A stretch of DNA of 64,000 bases from Clostridiales bacterium (GTDB taxonomy: Bacteria > Bacillota > Clostridia > Christensenellales > UBA1242). A program made the position numbers and the translations under genes. The notes beneath the pieces were generated by a model. The model did no database searches. It saw only the letters and a list, made by a program, of their open reading frames with translations, and had not been told where the DNA came from. Positions 55,775-63,883 of the stretch are shown here, piece after piece (the stretch's first letter is position 1; each line of letters begins with the position of its first letter). The stretch spans positions 17,021 to 81,020 of the forward strand of contig SVIQ01000004.1 of NCBI GenBank assembly GCA_015069415.1, written 5' to 3'.

Positions 55775-58307
55775 AGAAAAATCAGCTATGATGCAAAATT
55801 ATGAGGCAACAAAAGAGCAATATAAAGATTGCATCCTTTTTTACAGACTTGGTGACTTCTATGAAATGTTCAATGAAGACGCTATTATTTGTAGCAAAGA
55901 ACTAGATTTGACTTTAACCGGAAAAAGTTGTGGTTTGGATGAAAGAGCTCCCATGTGCGGAGTTCCTCATCACGCATATGAGTCATATGTTCAAAGATTA
56001 ATAGAAAAAGGCTACAAGGTAGCAATCTGCGAGCAAACAGACAAAATCGTTAACAAAGTAATGCAAAGAGAGGTTGTTCGTATTATTACGCCAGGTACAG
56101 TAATTGACAGCGCAATGTTAACAGGACAAGGCAACAACTACATAATGTGTATATACAAAAATAAAAATACTATATCTTATGCTTATGGAGATTTGTCTAC
56201 AGGAGAAATTAACGTAGGAACAAAAACAGACAAAAACATAGATTCTTTCATTAATGACCAAATTGTTCGAATTATGCCTAACGAAGTCATCTGTAATGAA
56301 GAAATGTTTTCAATTAGTGCTGATTTGTATTGCGTTAAAACAGACAAAATCCGTTTTAATCAGTATTATGAATGGGCATTTAAACTTTCAAAAGCTGAAG
56401 ATAATGTAAAGAAACAGTATGGTTTATCTAGTTTAAAAGGTTATGATTTTCAGTCTGAAGAATTAATTATTGCATTGGGAGCAATGCTCGAGTACTTCTA
56501 TGAAACTCAAAAAAGAGAGTTGAAGCATTTAAAAATGCCTAAAATCATACGTGACGAACAATTTATGTATGTTGACACTAACACTAGAAGAAATCTCGAA
56601 ATTGAAACAACAATGAGAGAAAACGAAAAACATGGTAGTCTTTTGTGGGTTTTAGATGACACTCAAACAAGTGGTGGCGCACGTATGTTGAAGAGTTGGG
56701 TTAGACTTCCGCTTCAAGACAAAAAGGAAATAAACAAACGTCTTGACATGGTTGAGTTTTTATGCTCAAATGCTTTACTACGTGAGGAATTAAAGCTAAC
56801 ACTAGCTAAAATTCAAGATATCGAACGATTTGCAGGTAGAATTTGTTATGGCAACATTTCGCCTAAAGATTGCTTAGCTTTAGCAAATTCATTGGACGAG
56901 GTTCCAAATTTAAAACGTATCTTAACGACAACTAACCAAGAAAGTCTTTTAGAATTGAATGAAAAGCTCGTAAATGTTTCTGGGCTAGTTGATATAATTA
57001 GATCAACAATAGATCCAGAAGCGCCCGCAAACCTAAAAGATGGTGGATATATTAGACAAGGCTTTAATAAGGAATTGGACTATTATAGAAGTTTAAACAA
57101 AGATTCACGCGATTTCATTCTAGATCTTCAACAAAGAGAAAAAGACGAAACTGGTATTAAGAATCTAAAAATAGGCTACAATCGTATTTTTGGTTACTAC
57201 ATTGAAGTTGGTAAGTTGTACCTTGATTTAGTTCCATTTAGGTACATAAGAAAGCAAACAACAGCAAATGCAGAAAGATACATTACAGAAGAATTAAAGA
57301 AATTTGAAGAAGACATCATTACAAGTACAGAAAAGGCGTTAAAACTAGAAGAGGGCATATTCTTAGCTCTTAAAGAGCAACTTGCTGAGAATGTTGAAAT
57401 AATGCAACAAATTGCTAATATTATTTCGACAATTGACTGCATCTATTCTTTAGCAAGCGTTGCATACAACAATGATTATTGCCGTCCAAAATTAACTAAT
57501 GATAAAACGATAAACATAAAAAATGGACGTCATCCTGTTATTGAAAAGGTTTCAAAGTCTAACACTTTCATTCCAAACGACTGTGTTTTGAACGACAAAG
57601 ATCAATCTACAATTATCCTAACAGGTCCTAATATGGCAGGAAAATCAACTTATATGCGTCAAGTTGCTCTCATCACATATATGGCTCACATTGGCTCATT
57701 TGTGCCAGCAACTGAAGCAGAAGTGTCAATTGTAGACAGAATCTTTACGAGAATCGGAGCAAGTGATGATTTAGCTGTTGGCCAGTCTACATTTATGGTT
57801 GAAATGATTGAAGTTGCTAACATTTTGAATTATTGCACAAACAATAGCTTAATTATTTTAGATGAAGTAGGAAGAGGAACTTCAACTTTCGACGGATTGT
57901 CTATCGCATGGGCTGTTGTTGAGTACCTTGCAACTAATTTGAATGCAAAAACCTTATTTGCTACGCATTATCATGAATTGATGCAGTTAGAAGGAAAATA
58001 TGAAGGAGTCAAAAACTACTGTATTTCTATTAAAGAAATAGGGGGAAAGCTCGTTTTCCTTAGAAAAATTATGAGAGGTAGCGCAACTCGTAGTTATGGT
58101 ATTGAAGTTGCAAGCTTAGCAGGACTCCCTGAAACAATAATTTCAAGAAGCAAAGAATTAATGCAAGAATTTGAAAGCGAAAAAATTCGTGACAACGTGA
58201 GTACAGACAGCGAAATTGTAGATATTTTAAAACATACTAACATAAACGAAATGTCTCCAATGAGCGCGTTTGAAACTTTATCTCATTTGATTAATTTAGT
58301 TAAGTAG
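55767..58307 (+). CDS. mutS: DNA mismatch repair protein MutS
   Basis: FYRLGDFYEMF mismatch-binding motif. Walker A GPNMAGKST. DEVGRGTS. Confidence 0.95.
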   Translation: MSKEKSAMMQNYEATKEQYKDCILFYRLGDFYEMFNEDAIICSKELDLTLTGKSCGLDERAPMCGVPHHAYESYVQRLIEKGYKVAICEQTDKIVNKVMQREVVRIITPGTVIDSAMLTGQGNNYIMCIYKNKNTISYAYGDLSTGEINVGTKTDKNIDSFINDQIVRIMPNEVICNEEMFSISADLYCVKTDKIRFNQYYEWAFKLSKAEDNVKKQYGLSSLKGYDFQSEELIIALGAMLEYFYETQKRELKHLKMPKIIRDEQFMYVDTNTRRNLEIETTMRENEKHGSLLWVLDDTQTSGGARMLKSWVRLPLQDKKEINKRLDMVEFLCSNALLREELKLTLAKIQDIERFAGRICYGNISPKDCLALANSLDEVPNLKRILTTTNQESLLELNEKLVNVSGLVDIIRSTIDPEAPANLKDGGYIRQGFNKELDYYRSLNKDSRDFILDLQQREKDETGIKNLKIGYNRIFGYYIEVGKLYLDLVPFRYIRKQTTANAERYITEELKKFEEDIITSTEKALKLEEGIFLALKEQLAENVEIMQQIANIISTIDCIYSLASVAYNNDYCRPKLTNDKTINIKNGRHPVIEKVSKSNTFIPNDCVLNDKDQSTIILTGPNMAGKSTYMRQVALITYMAHIGSFVPATEAEVSIVDRIFTRIGASDDLAVGQSTFMVEMIEVANILNYCTNNSLIILDEVGRGTSTFDGLSIAWAVVEYLATNLNAKTLFATHYHELMQLEGKYEGVKNYCISIKEIGGKLVFLRKIMRGSATRSYGIEVASLAGLPETIISRSKELMQEFESEKIRDNVSTDSEIVDILKHTNINEMSPMSAFETLSHLINLVK

Positions 58308-58315
58308 GAGTAATT

Positions 58316-60142
58316 ATGGCAATTAATGTCTTAGACACAATGATTATTAACAGAATTTCTGCAGGCGAAGTTGTAGAAAGTCCTTTTTCCATTGTTAAAG
58401 AGTTGTTGGACAATTCAATTGATGCCGGTGCTACAAAAATAGACATAAGCATTAGAGGGGGAGGTAGTGATCATATCTCTGTAAAAGACAATGGTTCAGG
58501 AATTGAATATGAAGACATTAAAAAAGCCTTTTTACCTCATGCTACCAGCAAAATTAAAGATATTGAAGACTTAGAAAGTATTTTAACTTTAGGATTTAGA
58601 GGAGAAGCATTAGCAAGTATTTCTAATGTTAGTCAAGTGACTCTAACTACAAAAACTGAAACGAATGATTGTGCTTACTCAATTAATGTTTTTGGTGGGG
58701 AATTTGGAGAAATTGTACCGACTTCTTTTGAAAGAGGAACAGAAATTCAAGTTAATAATCTTTTTTACAACACTCCAGCAAGAAGAAAATTCTTAAAAAA
58801 ACCAAAGTCAGAAGAAAATCAAATCACTAACATTATCACACGCTATATGCTTGCTCATCCTGAGATTAGCTTTAAGTACACAGTTGATGACAAAGTTCTT
58901 TATCAAACTAAAGGCACAAATTTAAAAGACGCAATATATAGTATTTACGGATTGGAATTCACACAAAATCTTTTAGAAATAGAAGGTGAAATAGGTAATG
59001 TCCATTTGTCAGGATTCGTTTCAAAGGTTGGATTTAGCAAACCTAACACAACTTATCAAACATTAATGGTAAATTCTAGATATGTCATTGATGAAATTGT
59101 TTCAAAAGCTGTTTATATGGCTCAAGAAGAGTACTTAATGCCAAGACAATTTCCTGTGTATATTATGAATATAACCATGCCTAGCATTGATGTTGATGTT
59201 AATGTGCATCCAAGTAAGATGAACATAAAATTTGCAAATCCAAGTAAGATTTATGATTTAGTCTATTCAACTGTAAAATCAGCGATATTTAAATTTTTAA
59301 ATCCAGAAATTAAAAAAGTAGAAGCGAAAGAGGAAGTAATTGAAAGCAATTTAATTAAAACAGACTTGTCTTCATTGCAAGAATTTTCAATTTCACCTAA
59401 TTTAACAACAACATACAACGACAAAATTCGATTCCATCAATCTAGTCAAGTTGAAATGGAGGAGGTTGAAGCGGACATTAAAGAAGAAACTAAAGAAATA
59501 AAGCCTTTAGTTCAAGAAAAAGTTGAAGAAGTAAAACAATTTGAAAATTATCAAAACATTCGAGATTTGACGTCTTACAAAATTGTTGGAGAAATTTTTA
59601 ACGAATTCGTTATTTTAGAAAATGAAGACAACATGATTTTGTTGGATTTCCATGCCGGTCATGAGCGATTAAATTATGACAAGCTTGTTGCAATGATTGA
59701 AAGTAAACAACTAGTCACACAAGATTTGTTAGTGCCTTACGTTCAAGAAATAAGCGAACAAGAACTTTCTTATATTTTATCATTAAAAGACGAATTATTT
59801 GCACTTGGATTTGATGTCGATAGTTTTGGAGAAAGAGCAATCGTAATTAATTCTGTTCCTGTTCAATTAAAGGACATAAATTTAAAGAATTTTGTTGACG
59901 ATCTTCTTCATGATATGAAAAATATCAAACCTAAAATCAACAATGAATTAAATAATTATCTAATGCAAAAAGCTTGTAAGAGTAGCGTAAAATCAGGTAT
60001 GAAATTAAGCGAAATGGAAATCAAAGATTTGCTAAAGGACTTAGACATGAAACATCCTGTTTTGTTGTGTCCTCATGGACGTCCTGTACTTACTGTTGTT
60101 AGTCGAAGTCAAATTGAAAAATGGTTTAAGAGAATAGTATGA
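58316..60142 (+). CDS. mutL: DNA mismatch repair protein MutL
   Basis: IAAGEVV-type ISAGEVVESP, GHKL ATPase DNGSGI, GFRGEAL. Confidence 0.95.
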   Translation: MAINVLDTMIINRISAGEVVESPFSIVKELLDNSIDAGATKIDISIRGGGSDHISVKDNGSGIEYEDIKKAFLPHATSKIKDIEDLESILTLGFRGEALASISNVSQVTLTTKTETNDCAYSINVFGGEFGEIVPTSFERGTEIQVNNLFYNTPARRKFLKKPKSEENQITNIITRYMLAHPEISFKYTVDDKVLYQTKGTNLKDAIYSIYGLEFTQNLLEIEGEIGNVHLSGFVSKVGFSKPNTTYQTLMVNSRYVIDEIVSKAVYMAQEEYLMPRQFPVYIMNITMPSIDVDVNVHPSKMNIKFANPSKIYDLVYSTVKSAIFKFLNPEIKKVEAKEEVIESNLIKTDLSSLQEFSISPNLTTTYNDKIRFHQSSQVEMEEVEADIKEETKEIKPLVQEKVEEVKQFENYQNIRDLTSYKIVGEIFNEFVILENEDNMILLDFHAGHERLNYDKLVAMIESKQLVTQDLLVPYVQEISEQELSYILSLKDELFALGFDVDSFGERAIVINSVPVQLKDINLKNFVDDLLHDMKNIKPKINNELNNYLMQKACKSSVKSGMKLSEMEIKDLLKDLDMKHPVLLCPHGRPVLTVVSRSQIEKWFKRIV

Positions 60143-61041
60143 GAAAGATAGTTATAATTACAGGGCTTACAGCGAGCGGAAAAAGCTCTCTTGCGGTAGA
60201 AATCGCTAAAAAATATAATGCTGAAATCATTTCTTGTGACAGTGTTCAAATTTACAAAGGTTTAGACATTGGAAGCGCAAAGGAAAGTAAAATTATTAGA
60301 AACAAAGTGCCTCATCATTTAATTGATATATGTGAATTTACTGACACATTCAATGTTAGTCAATTCATCGAAAACTGTATGTCTTCAGTTGAAGATATTT
60401 TATCAAGAAAAAAACTTCCAATTATTGTTGGAGGGACAGGAATGTATGTAAAAGCGCTTCTTGAAGGCTACACTTTTGGCGAAGCGTTGGCAAACCAAGA
60501 ATTTAGGCAAAACATGCAAAATTTAGCTAAAGAAGAGGGCAATAGGGCTGTTTGGGATAAGTTATATGAAAAGAACTCTGAACTCGCTAATTCTGTTCAT
60601 CCTAATAATTTACACAGGGTTATTAGATATCTTGAAATTGAAACTTTTGGAAATAACTTAGAAAAGACAGAATCTCCTTTAAAAGATTATGAGGTTTGCG
60701 CAATCGGTGTAATAGAAGATAGAGAGATAATCTACACCAGAATAAACAAGCGCGTTGATGAAATGATTGACGAGGGACTTGAAAAAGAGGTTAAAGGCTT
60801 AATTGATAAGGGAGCAACACGCGACCTTCAATCAATGAATACGATAGGCTACAAAGAATGGTTTGATTATTTTGAAAATAAAACAAACAAAAATCAAACA
60901 GTAGATTTAATCAAACAACACACAAGAAACTATTGTAAACGTCAATTAACTTTTTTAAAGACAATTAAAGATGTCAAATTGCTTAAAAAAGATGAAGCAA
61001 AAGATTATATTGAGGAATTTTTAAATGATAACAATAAATAA
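60139..61041 (+). CDS. miaA: tRNA dimethylallyltransferase
   Basis: P-loop GLTASGKS. SCDSVQIYKGLDIGSAK. ATGA overlap with mutL. Confidence 0.9.
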   Translation: MRKIVIITGLTASGKSSLAVEIAKKYNAEIISCDSVQIYKGLDIGSAKESKIIRNKVPHHLIDICEFTDTFNVSQFIENCMSSVEDILSRKKLPIIVGGTGMYVKALLEGYTFGEALANQEFRQNMQNLAKEEGNRAVWDKLYEKNSELANSVHPNNLHRVIRYLEIETFGNNLEKTESPLKDYEVCAIGVIEDREIIYTRINKRVDEMIDEGLEKEVKGLIDKGATRDLQSMNTIGYKEWFDYFENKTNKNQTVDLIKQHTRNYCKRQLTFLKTIKDVKLLKKDEAKDYIEEFLNDNNK

Positions 61042-62263
61042 TGAAATTATGCAATTTTTAAACGATTGTGAAAAAGAATTAAAAGAAAAATTTGATGAAA
61101 TTGATGCTATTGAATTTGAAAATCAATTAAAAGTTTTAAATGCTTTTAATGAAAACCGAATTCAAGCTCATCATTTCATCGGAAGTAGTGGGTATGGTCA
61201 TAATGATATCGGAAAAGAAAAAATATCTAGTGTTTTTGCGTCTATTTACCACACTGAAGACGCTTTTGTAAGTCCTTTAATCAGTTGCGGTACTGAAGCA
61301 ATCAGCCAAACATTGTTTGGTCTTCTTAGACCTAATGACACAATGCTTTGCATTTCTGGAACACCTTATGACACATTAATGAACATAATTTATGGGGTAG
61401 AGGGAAAGAATGTTGGATCTTTAAAAGATTATAACATTAATTACGCTGAAGTTGATTTAAAAGACGGAGATTTTGATTTAGAAAGCATTTCTAAAGCAAT
61501 TAATGAATTGAATCCAAAGATGATTTACATTCAACGTTCACGCGGTTATTCTTTAAGAAATGCGTTAAGTATTGCGCAAATAGAAAGAGCTATCAAAGAG
61601 GTTAGAAAATATACTAACGCTTATGTTGTGGTTGACAATTGTTACGGCGAATTTACTGAAACAAAAGAGCCTACTGACGTTGGCGCAGATTTAGTCGTTG
61701 GATCCCTCCTAAAGAATATGGGCGGAGGAATTGCTCCAACTGGTGGTTATATGGCAGGAAAGAGCGAAATGATTGAATTGATATCATACAAATTCACTAG
61801 TCCAGCTTTGGGAGTAGACACGGGTTCATATGAGCCTGGATACAAGTCTTTCTTTGAAGGAGTCTTTGTTTCTCCTCACGTTGTTGCAAATGCGAAGAAA
61901 TTAGTGGCTTTAACAAGTCTTGCAATGAATAAACTAGGATATGAAACAGTACCATCTAAAGATCAAACTATTTCAGACATTGTTTGTTGCATAAACTTTA
62001 AGGATAAAGACAAGCTAGTTAAATTTACACGTGCAATTCAATTTACAAGCGCAATAGACAGTGATTCGGTCCTTGAAGCGGGGGAGATGGATGGATATGC
62101 CGATTTAATCATTATGGCAAGTGGAAGCTTTAATCAAGGTAGTAGCATCGAACTTAGTTGTGATGGACCTATGCGTGAGCCATACGCAGGTTTCTTACAA
62201 GGTTGTTTAACCTATCAACACGGCAAAATCGGCCTCATGAACGCAATTAAAGCAATTAAATAA
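61025..62263 (+). CDS. ynbB: Methionine gamma-lyase-like PLP enzyme (YnbB / aluminium-resistance family)
   Basis: GSSGYGHNDIGKEKI and GSLLKNMGGGIAPTGGY (PLP Lys) family motifs. Confidence 0.8.
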   Translation: MITINNEIMQFLNDCEKELKEKFDEIDAIEFENQLKVLNAFNENRIQAHHFIGSSGYGHNDIGKEKISSVFASIYHTEDAFVSPLISCGTEAISQTLFGLLRPNDTMLCISGTPYDTLMNIIYGVEGKNVGSLKDYNINYAEVDLKDGDFDLESISKAINELNPKMIYIQRSRGYSLRNALSIAQIERAIKEVRKYTNAYVVVDNCYGEFTETKEPTDVGADLVVGSLLKNMGGGIAPTGGYMAGKSEMIELISYKFTSPALGVDTGSYEPGYKSFFEGVFVSPHVVANAKKLVALTSLAMNKLGYETVPSKDQTISDIVCCINFKDKDKLVKFTRAIQFTSAIDSDSVLEAGEMDGYADLIIMASGSFNQGSSIELSCDGPMREPYAGFLQGCLTYQHGKIGLMNAIKAIK

Positions 62264-62271
62264 AAATAAGA

Positions 62272-62300
62272 AGAAACACTTTAAACTAGTTTCTTTTTTT
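62272..62300 (+). terminator. Terminator after ynbB
   Basis: AGAAAC-11 nt-GTTTCT followed by T7. Confidence 0.5.
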
Positions 62301-62493
62301 AATTTTAATTCGCCAATTAAATCCAAATTTAATTAATAGTAAACAAATATATAGAGTAGGATAGGAATATTATAGTAAAAAGCATGTTAGAAAGGTAAAA
62401 TTGTGTGTGTGGACAAAAATGGAGGAGTAAAAAAAGATTTACATATAACTTTGCGTAAAACAATACTAATATACAATTTAATATAAAAAAATA

Positions 62494-62520
62494 GGAGTAG
62501 GGAAGACCTACTCTTTTTTA
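62494..62520. terminator. Hairpin terminating the repressor-peptide transcript (T runs on both sides)
   Basis: GGAGTAGG-GAAGA-CCTACTCT flanked by A7 upstream and T6 downstream. Confidence 0.6.
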
Positions 62521-62603
62521 TTTTGATCTTCTAATATTTTTAAAATTTTCTTCATCCTTTTATTTATTTTGATTACGTATAGTAATACAAAAAATGAAAA
62601 CAT
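62508..62603 (-). CDS. 31-aa peptide co-transcribed downstream of the repressor (not in ORF track)
   Basis: AAGGAGG RBS 4 nt before the ATG, 10 nt after the repressor stop. MFSFFVLLYVIKINKRMKKILKILEDQNKKE. Its stop codon lies inside a terminator stem. Confidence 0.45.
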   Translation of the reverse strand: MFSFFVLLYVIKINKRMKKILKILEDQNKKE

Positions 62604-62613
62604 AGTGCCTCCT

Positions 62614-62886
62614 TTATTTTATCTTAACATTAATATTACTGCTGTTATTGAAACTATTGTTGATTTGTACTTTAGCACGTTCACTAGGTGTATCTATTTC
62701 TAATAGTTCGTCAGCAGTGCAGTTAAAAAGAATGCAAAGTTTTCTAATAATGTCAATGCTTGGTTCTCTTACTCCTTGTTCATAGTGAGCGTAGCATTGT
62801 CTAGTCACACCAATTCTAAGTGCAACTTCTTCTTGTTTTAATTTACTTTGATTTCTGTAATATTTAAATTGATTTTTTAAACTCAT
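62614..62886 (-). CDS. XRE/cI-type helix-turn-helix repressor
   Basis: LKQEEVALRIGVTRQCYAHYEQGVREPSIDIIRKLCILFNCTADELL HTH_3 pattern. Divergent from a run of small + strand ORFs. Confidence 0.85.
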   Translation of the reverse strand: MSLKNQFKYYRNQSKLKQEEVALRIGVTRQCYAHYEQGVREPSIDIIRKLCILFNCTADELLEIDTPSERAKVQINNSFNNSSNINVKIK

Positions 62887-62892
62887 AAAAAA

Positions 62893-62901
62893 ATTATATC
62901 A
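62893..62901 (-). promoter_or_regulatory. Leftward extended -10 element for the repressor gene (leaderless-type geometry)
   Basis: On the minus strand: TGATATAAT, then TTTTTT, then ATG of the repressor. No SD. Confidence 0.4.
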
Positions 62902-62911
62902 AAATGTGTCA
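62895..62911. promoter_or_regulatory. Operator half-site O1 overlapping the leftward -10
   Basis: AATGTGTCAT is shared with O2 and O3. The left half (TATATCA) is degenerate. Confidence 0.35.
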
Positions 62912-62918
62912 TTTTTGC

Positions 62919-62948
62919 TTGACAATGATACATAATGTGTCGTAATAT
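62919..62948 (+). promoter_or_regulatory. Rightward (lytic-type) promoter of the integrated element
   Basis: TTGACA-18 nt-TAATAT. The spacer is filled by operator-like palindrome O2. Confidence 0.5.
62926..62942. promoter_or_regulatory. Operator-like imperfect palindrome O2
   Basis: TGATACA-TAA-TGTGTCG. Part of a 22-nt direct repeat (62922-62943) matching 62955-62976 at 19/22 positions. Confidence 0.55.
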
Positions 62949-62959
62949 TATTTCAACAA

Positions 62960-62976
62960 TGATACAGAACGTGTCA
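62960..62976. promoter_or_regulatory. Operator-like imperfect palindrome O3
   Basis: TGATACA-GAA-CGTGTCA, between the -10 box and the first rightward RBS. Confidence 0.55.
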
Positions 62977-62992
62977 TTTAAAAGGAGTGTAT

Positions 62993-63226
62993 ATGTTAAG
63001 TCATTACGAATTTATTGCTAAACCGAAAAAAAACAAACGTTTAGCACGTGGATTGAAAGCAATTGATGATATTATCGATTATTTCAGTTTTCACAACATT
63101 GACACTGACAATGCAATTTATGTTTTAGGTAGTATACTAAAAGTTTTAATGGATTGTAAACGTTGTGGTGTCTTATTGCTCAACAGAGAACAAAGGAGGA
63201 AGAATGGAAATCGTAGATCTAGTTAA
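62993..63226 (+). CDS. Hypothetical early protein of the integrated element
   Basis: AAAGGAG RBS before ATG 62993. First gene of the rightward transcription unit. Basic C-terminus. Confidence 0.5.
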   Translation: MLSHYEFIAKPKKNKRLARGLKAIDDIIDYFSFHNIDTDNAIYVLGSILKVLMDCKRCGVLLLNREQRRKNGNRRSS

Positions 63227-63425
63227 AGAGTGTTTACCTTACGTGTTTTCGATTCTTGCAACTATCGTTGCGTTTATCAAAGGTAAACCAAAGAAAACAA
63301 AGTCAGTCGAAGAAATCAAAGCAACCGCTGACAAAAAGTATCATGCTTACGTCGAAAAGCAATTAAAGAAGAACAAAATCGAAAATGTTCTAATTGAAAC
63401 AACAGATGAAGAAGTAGAGGTGTAG
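63204..63425 (+). CDS. Hypothetical small membrane-anchored protein
   Basis: AAGGAGG RBS before ATG 63204. TM segment LPYVFSILATIVAFI, then a charged tail. Confidence 0.5.
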   Translation: MEIVDLVKECLPYVFSILATIVAFIKGKPKKTKSVEEIKATADKKYHAYVEKQLKKNKIENVLIETTDEEVEV

Positions 63426-63426
63426 A

Positions 63427-63621
63427 GTGAAAGTTTCAGATGAAGAAATTGAAATTTTTAGTAAAGAGAATTCTTTGCGATTGTCGAATTTTAAAGATTT
63501 GCTTGTTTCTTTAGATAAGAAAACTTTGGTAAATATTGTTTTGTCTTATTTTATTGAATCTCAAATTATTAAGCAAAAGGAGGAACAAGATGGCAAAGAG
63601 AAGAAAAGCGATGAAAAATAG
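63427..63621 (+). CDS. Hypothetical protein
   Basis: GTG start 1 nt after the previous stop (GAGGTG upstream). 64 aa with an acidic/lysine-rich end. Confidence 0.45.
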   Translation: MKVSDEEIEIFSKENSLRLSNFKDLLVSLDKKTLVNIVLSYFIESQIIKQKEEQDGKEKKSDEK

Positions 63622-63712
63622 CATAGATAGTCGTATCTTTAAACGTACAGCTGTTAAAGGCAAGAAAATCAATGTAGATCCAGCGCCAATGCGTGGTGGA
63701 ATTAGGTTGTAG
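63590..63712 (+). CDS. 40-aa highly basic protein resembling Microviridae (gokushovirus) ORF8/J-type DNA-binding protein (not in ORF track)
   Basis: AAAGGAGG RBS 6 nt before the ATG. MAKRRKAMKNSIDSRIFKRTAVKGKKINVDPAPMRGGIRL has 13 K/R and 2 D. The SxRxFxxTA...MRGGIRL pattern is recalled from gokushovirus small basic proteins. Confidence 0.5.
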   Translation: MAKRRKAMKNSIDSRIFKRTAVKGKKINVDPAPMRGGIRL

Positions 63713-63713
63713 A

Positions 63714-63881
63714 ATGAAAGAATCTCAAAAGATACAACTAAAACTTAAAATAATACAACATTTTAAAGGTCTTCACTTTACCTTAGTTGAAATGTATGAA
63801 ATATTCGACGAATTAAAAAGTGACTTAAGTAAAATTGCCGTAGAGCAAGAACTAGAAAGATTAAAAATTAGGAGAAAATAA
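63714..63881 (+). CDS. Hypothetical helical protein
   Basis: ATG 63714 lies 2 nt after the previous stop. 55 aa, predicted helical. Confidence 0.45.
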   Translation: MKESQKIQLKLKIIQHFKGLHFTLVEMYEIFDELKSDLSKIAVEQELERLKIRRK

Positions 63882-63883
63882 TT

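Noticed and set aside
62614-62886. Reading the XRE gene plus the 31-aa peptide as a classical type II toxin-antitoxin pair.
   Set aside because: The HTH gene is upstream, and the divergent operator/promoter architecture fits a phage repressor. The peptide is too small and hydrophobic for known type II toxins. The peptide is kept only as an open question.
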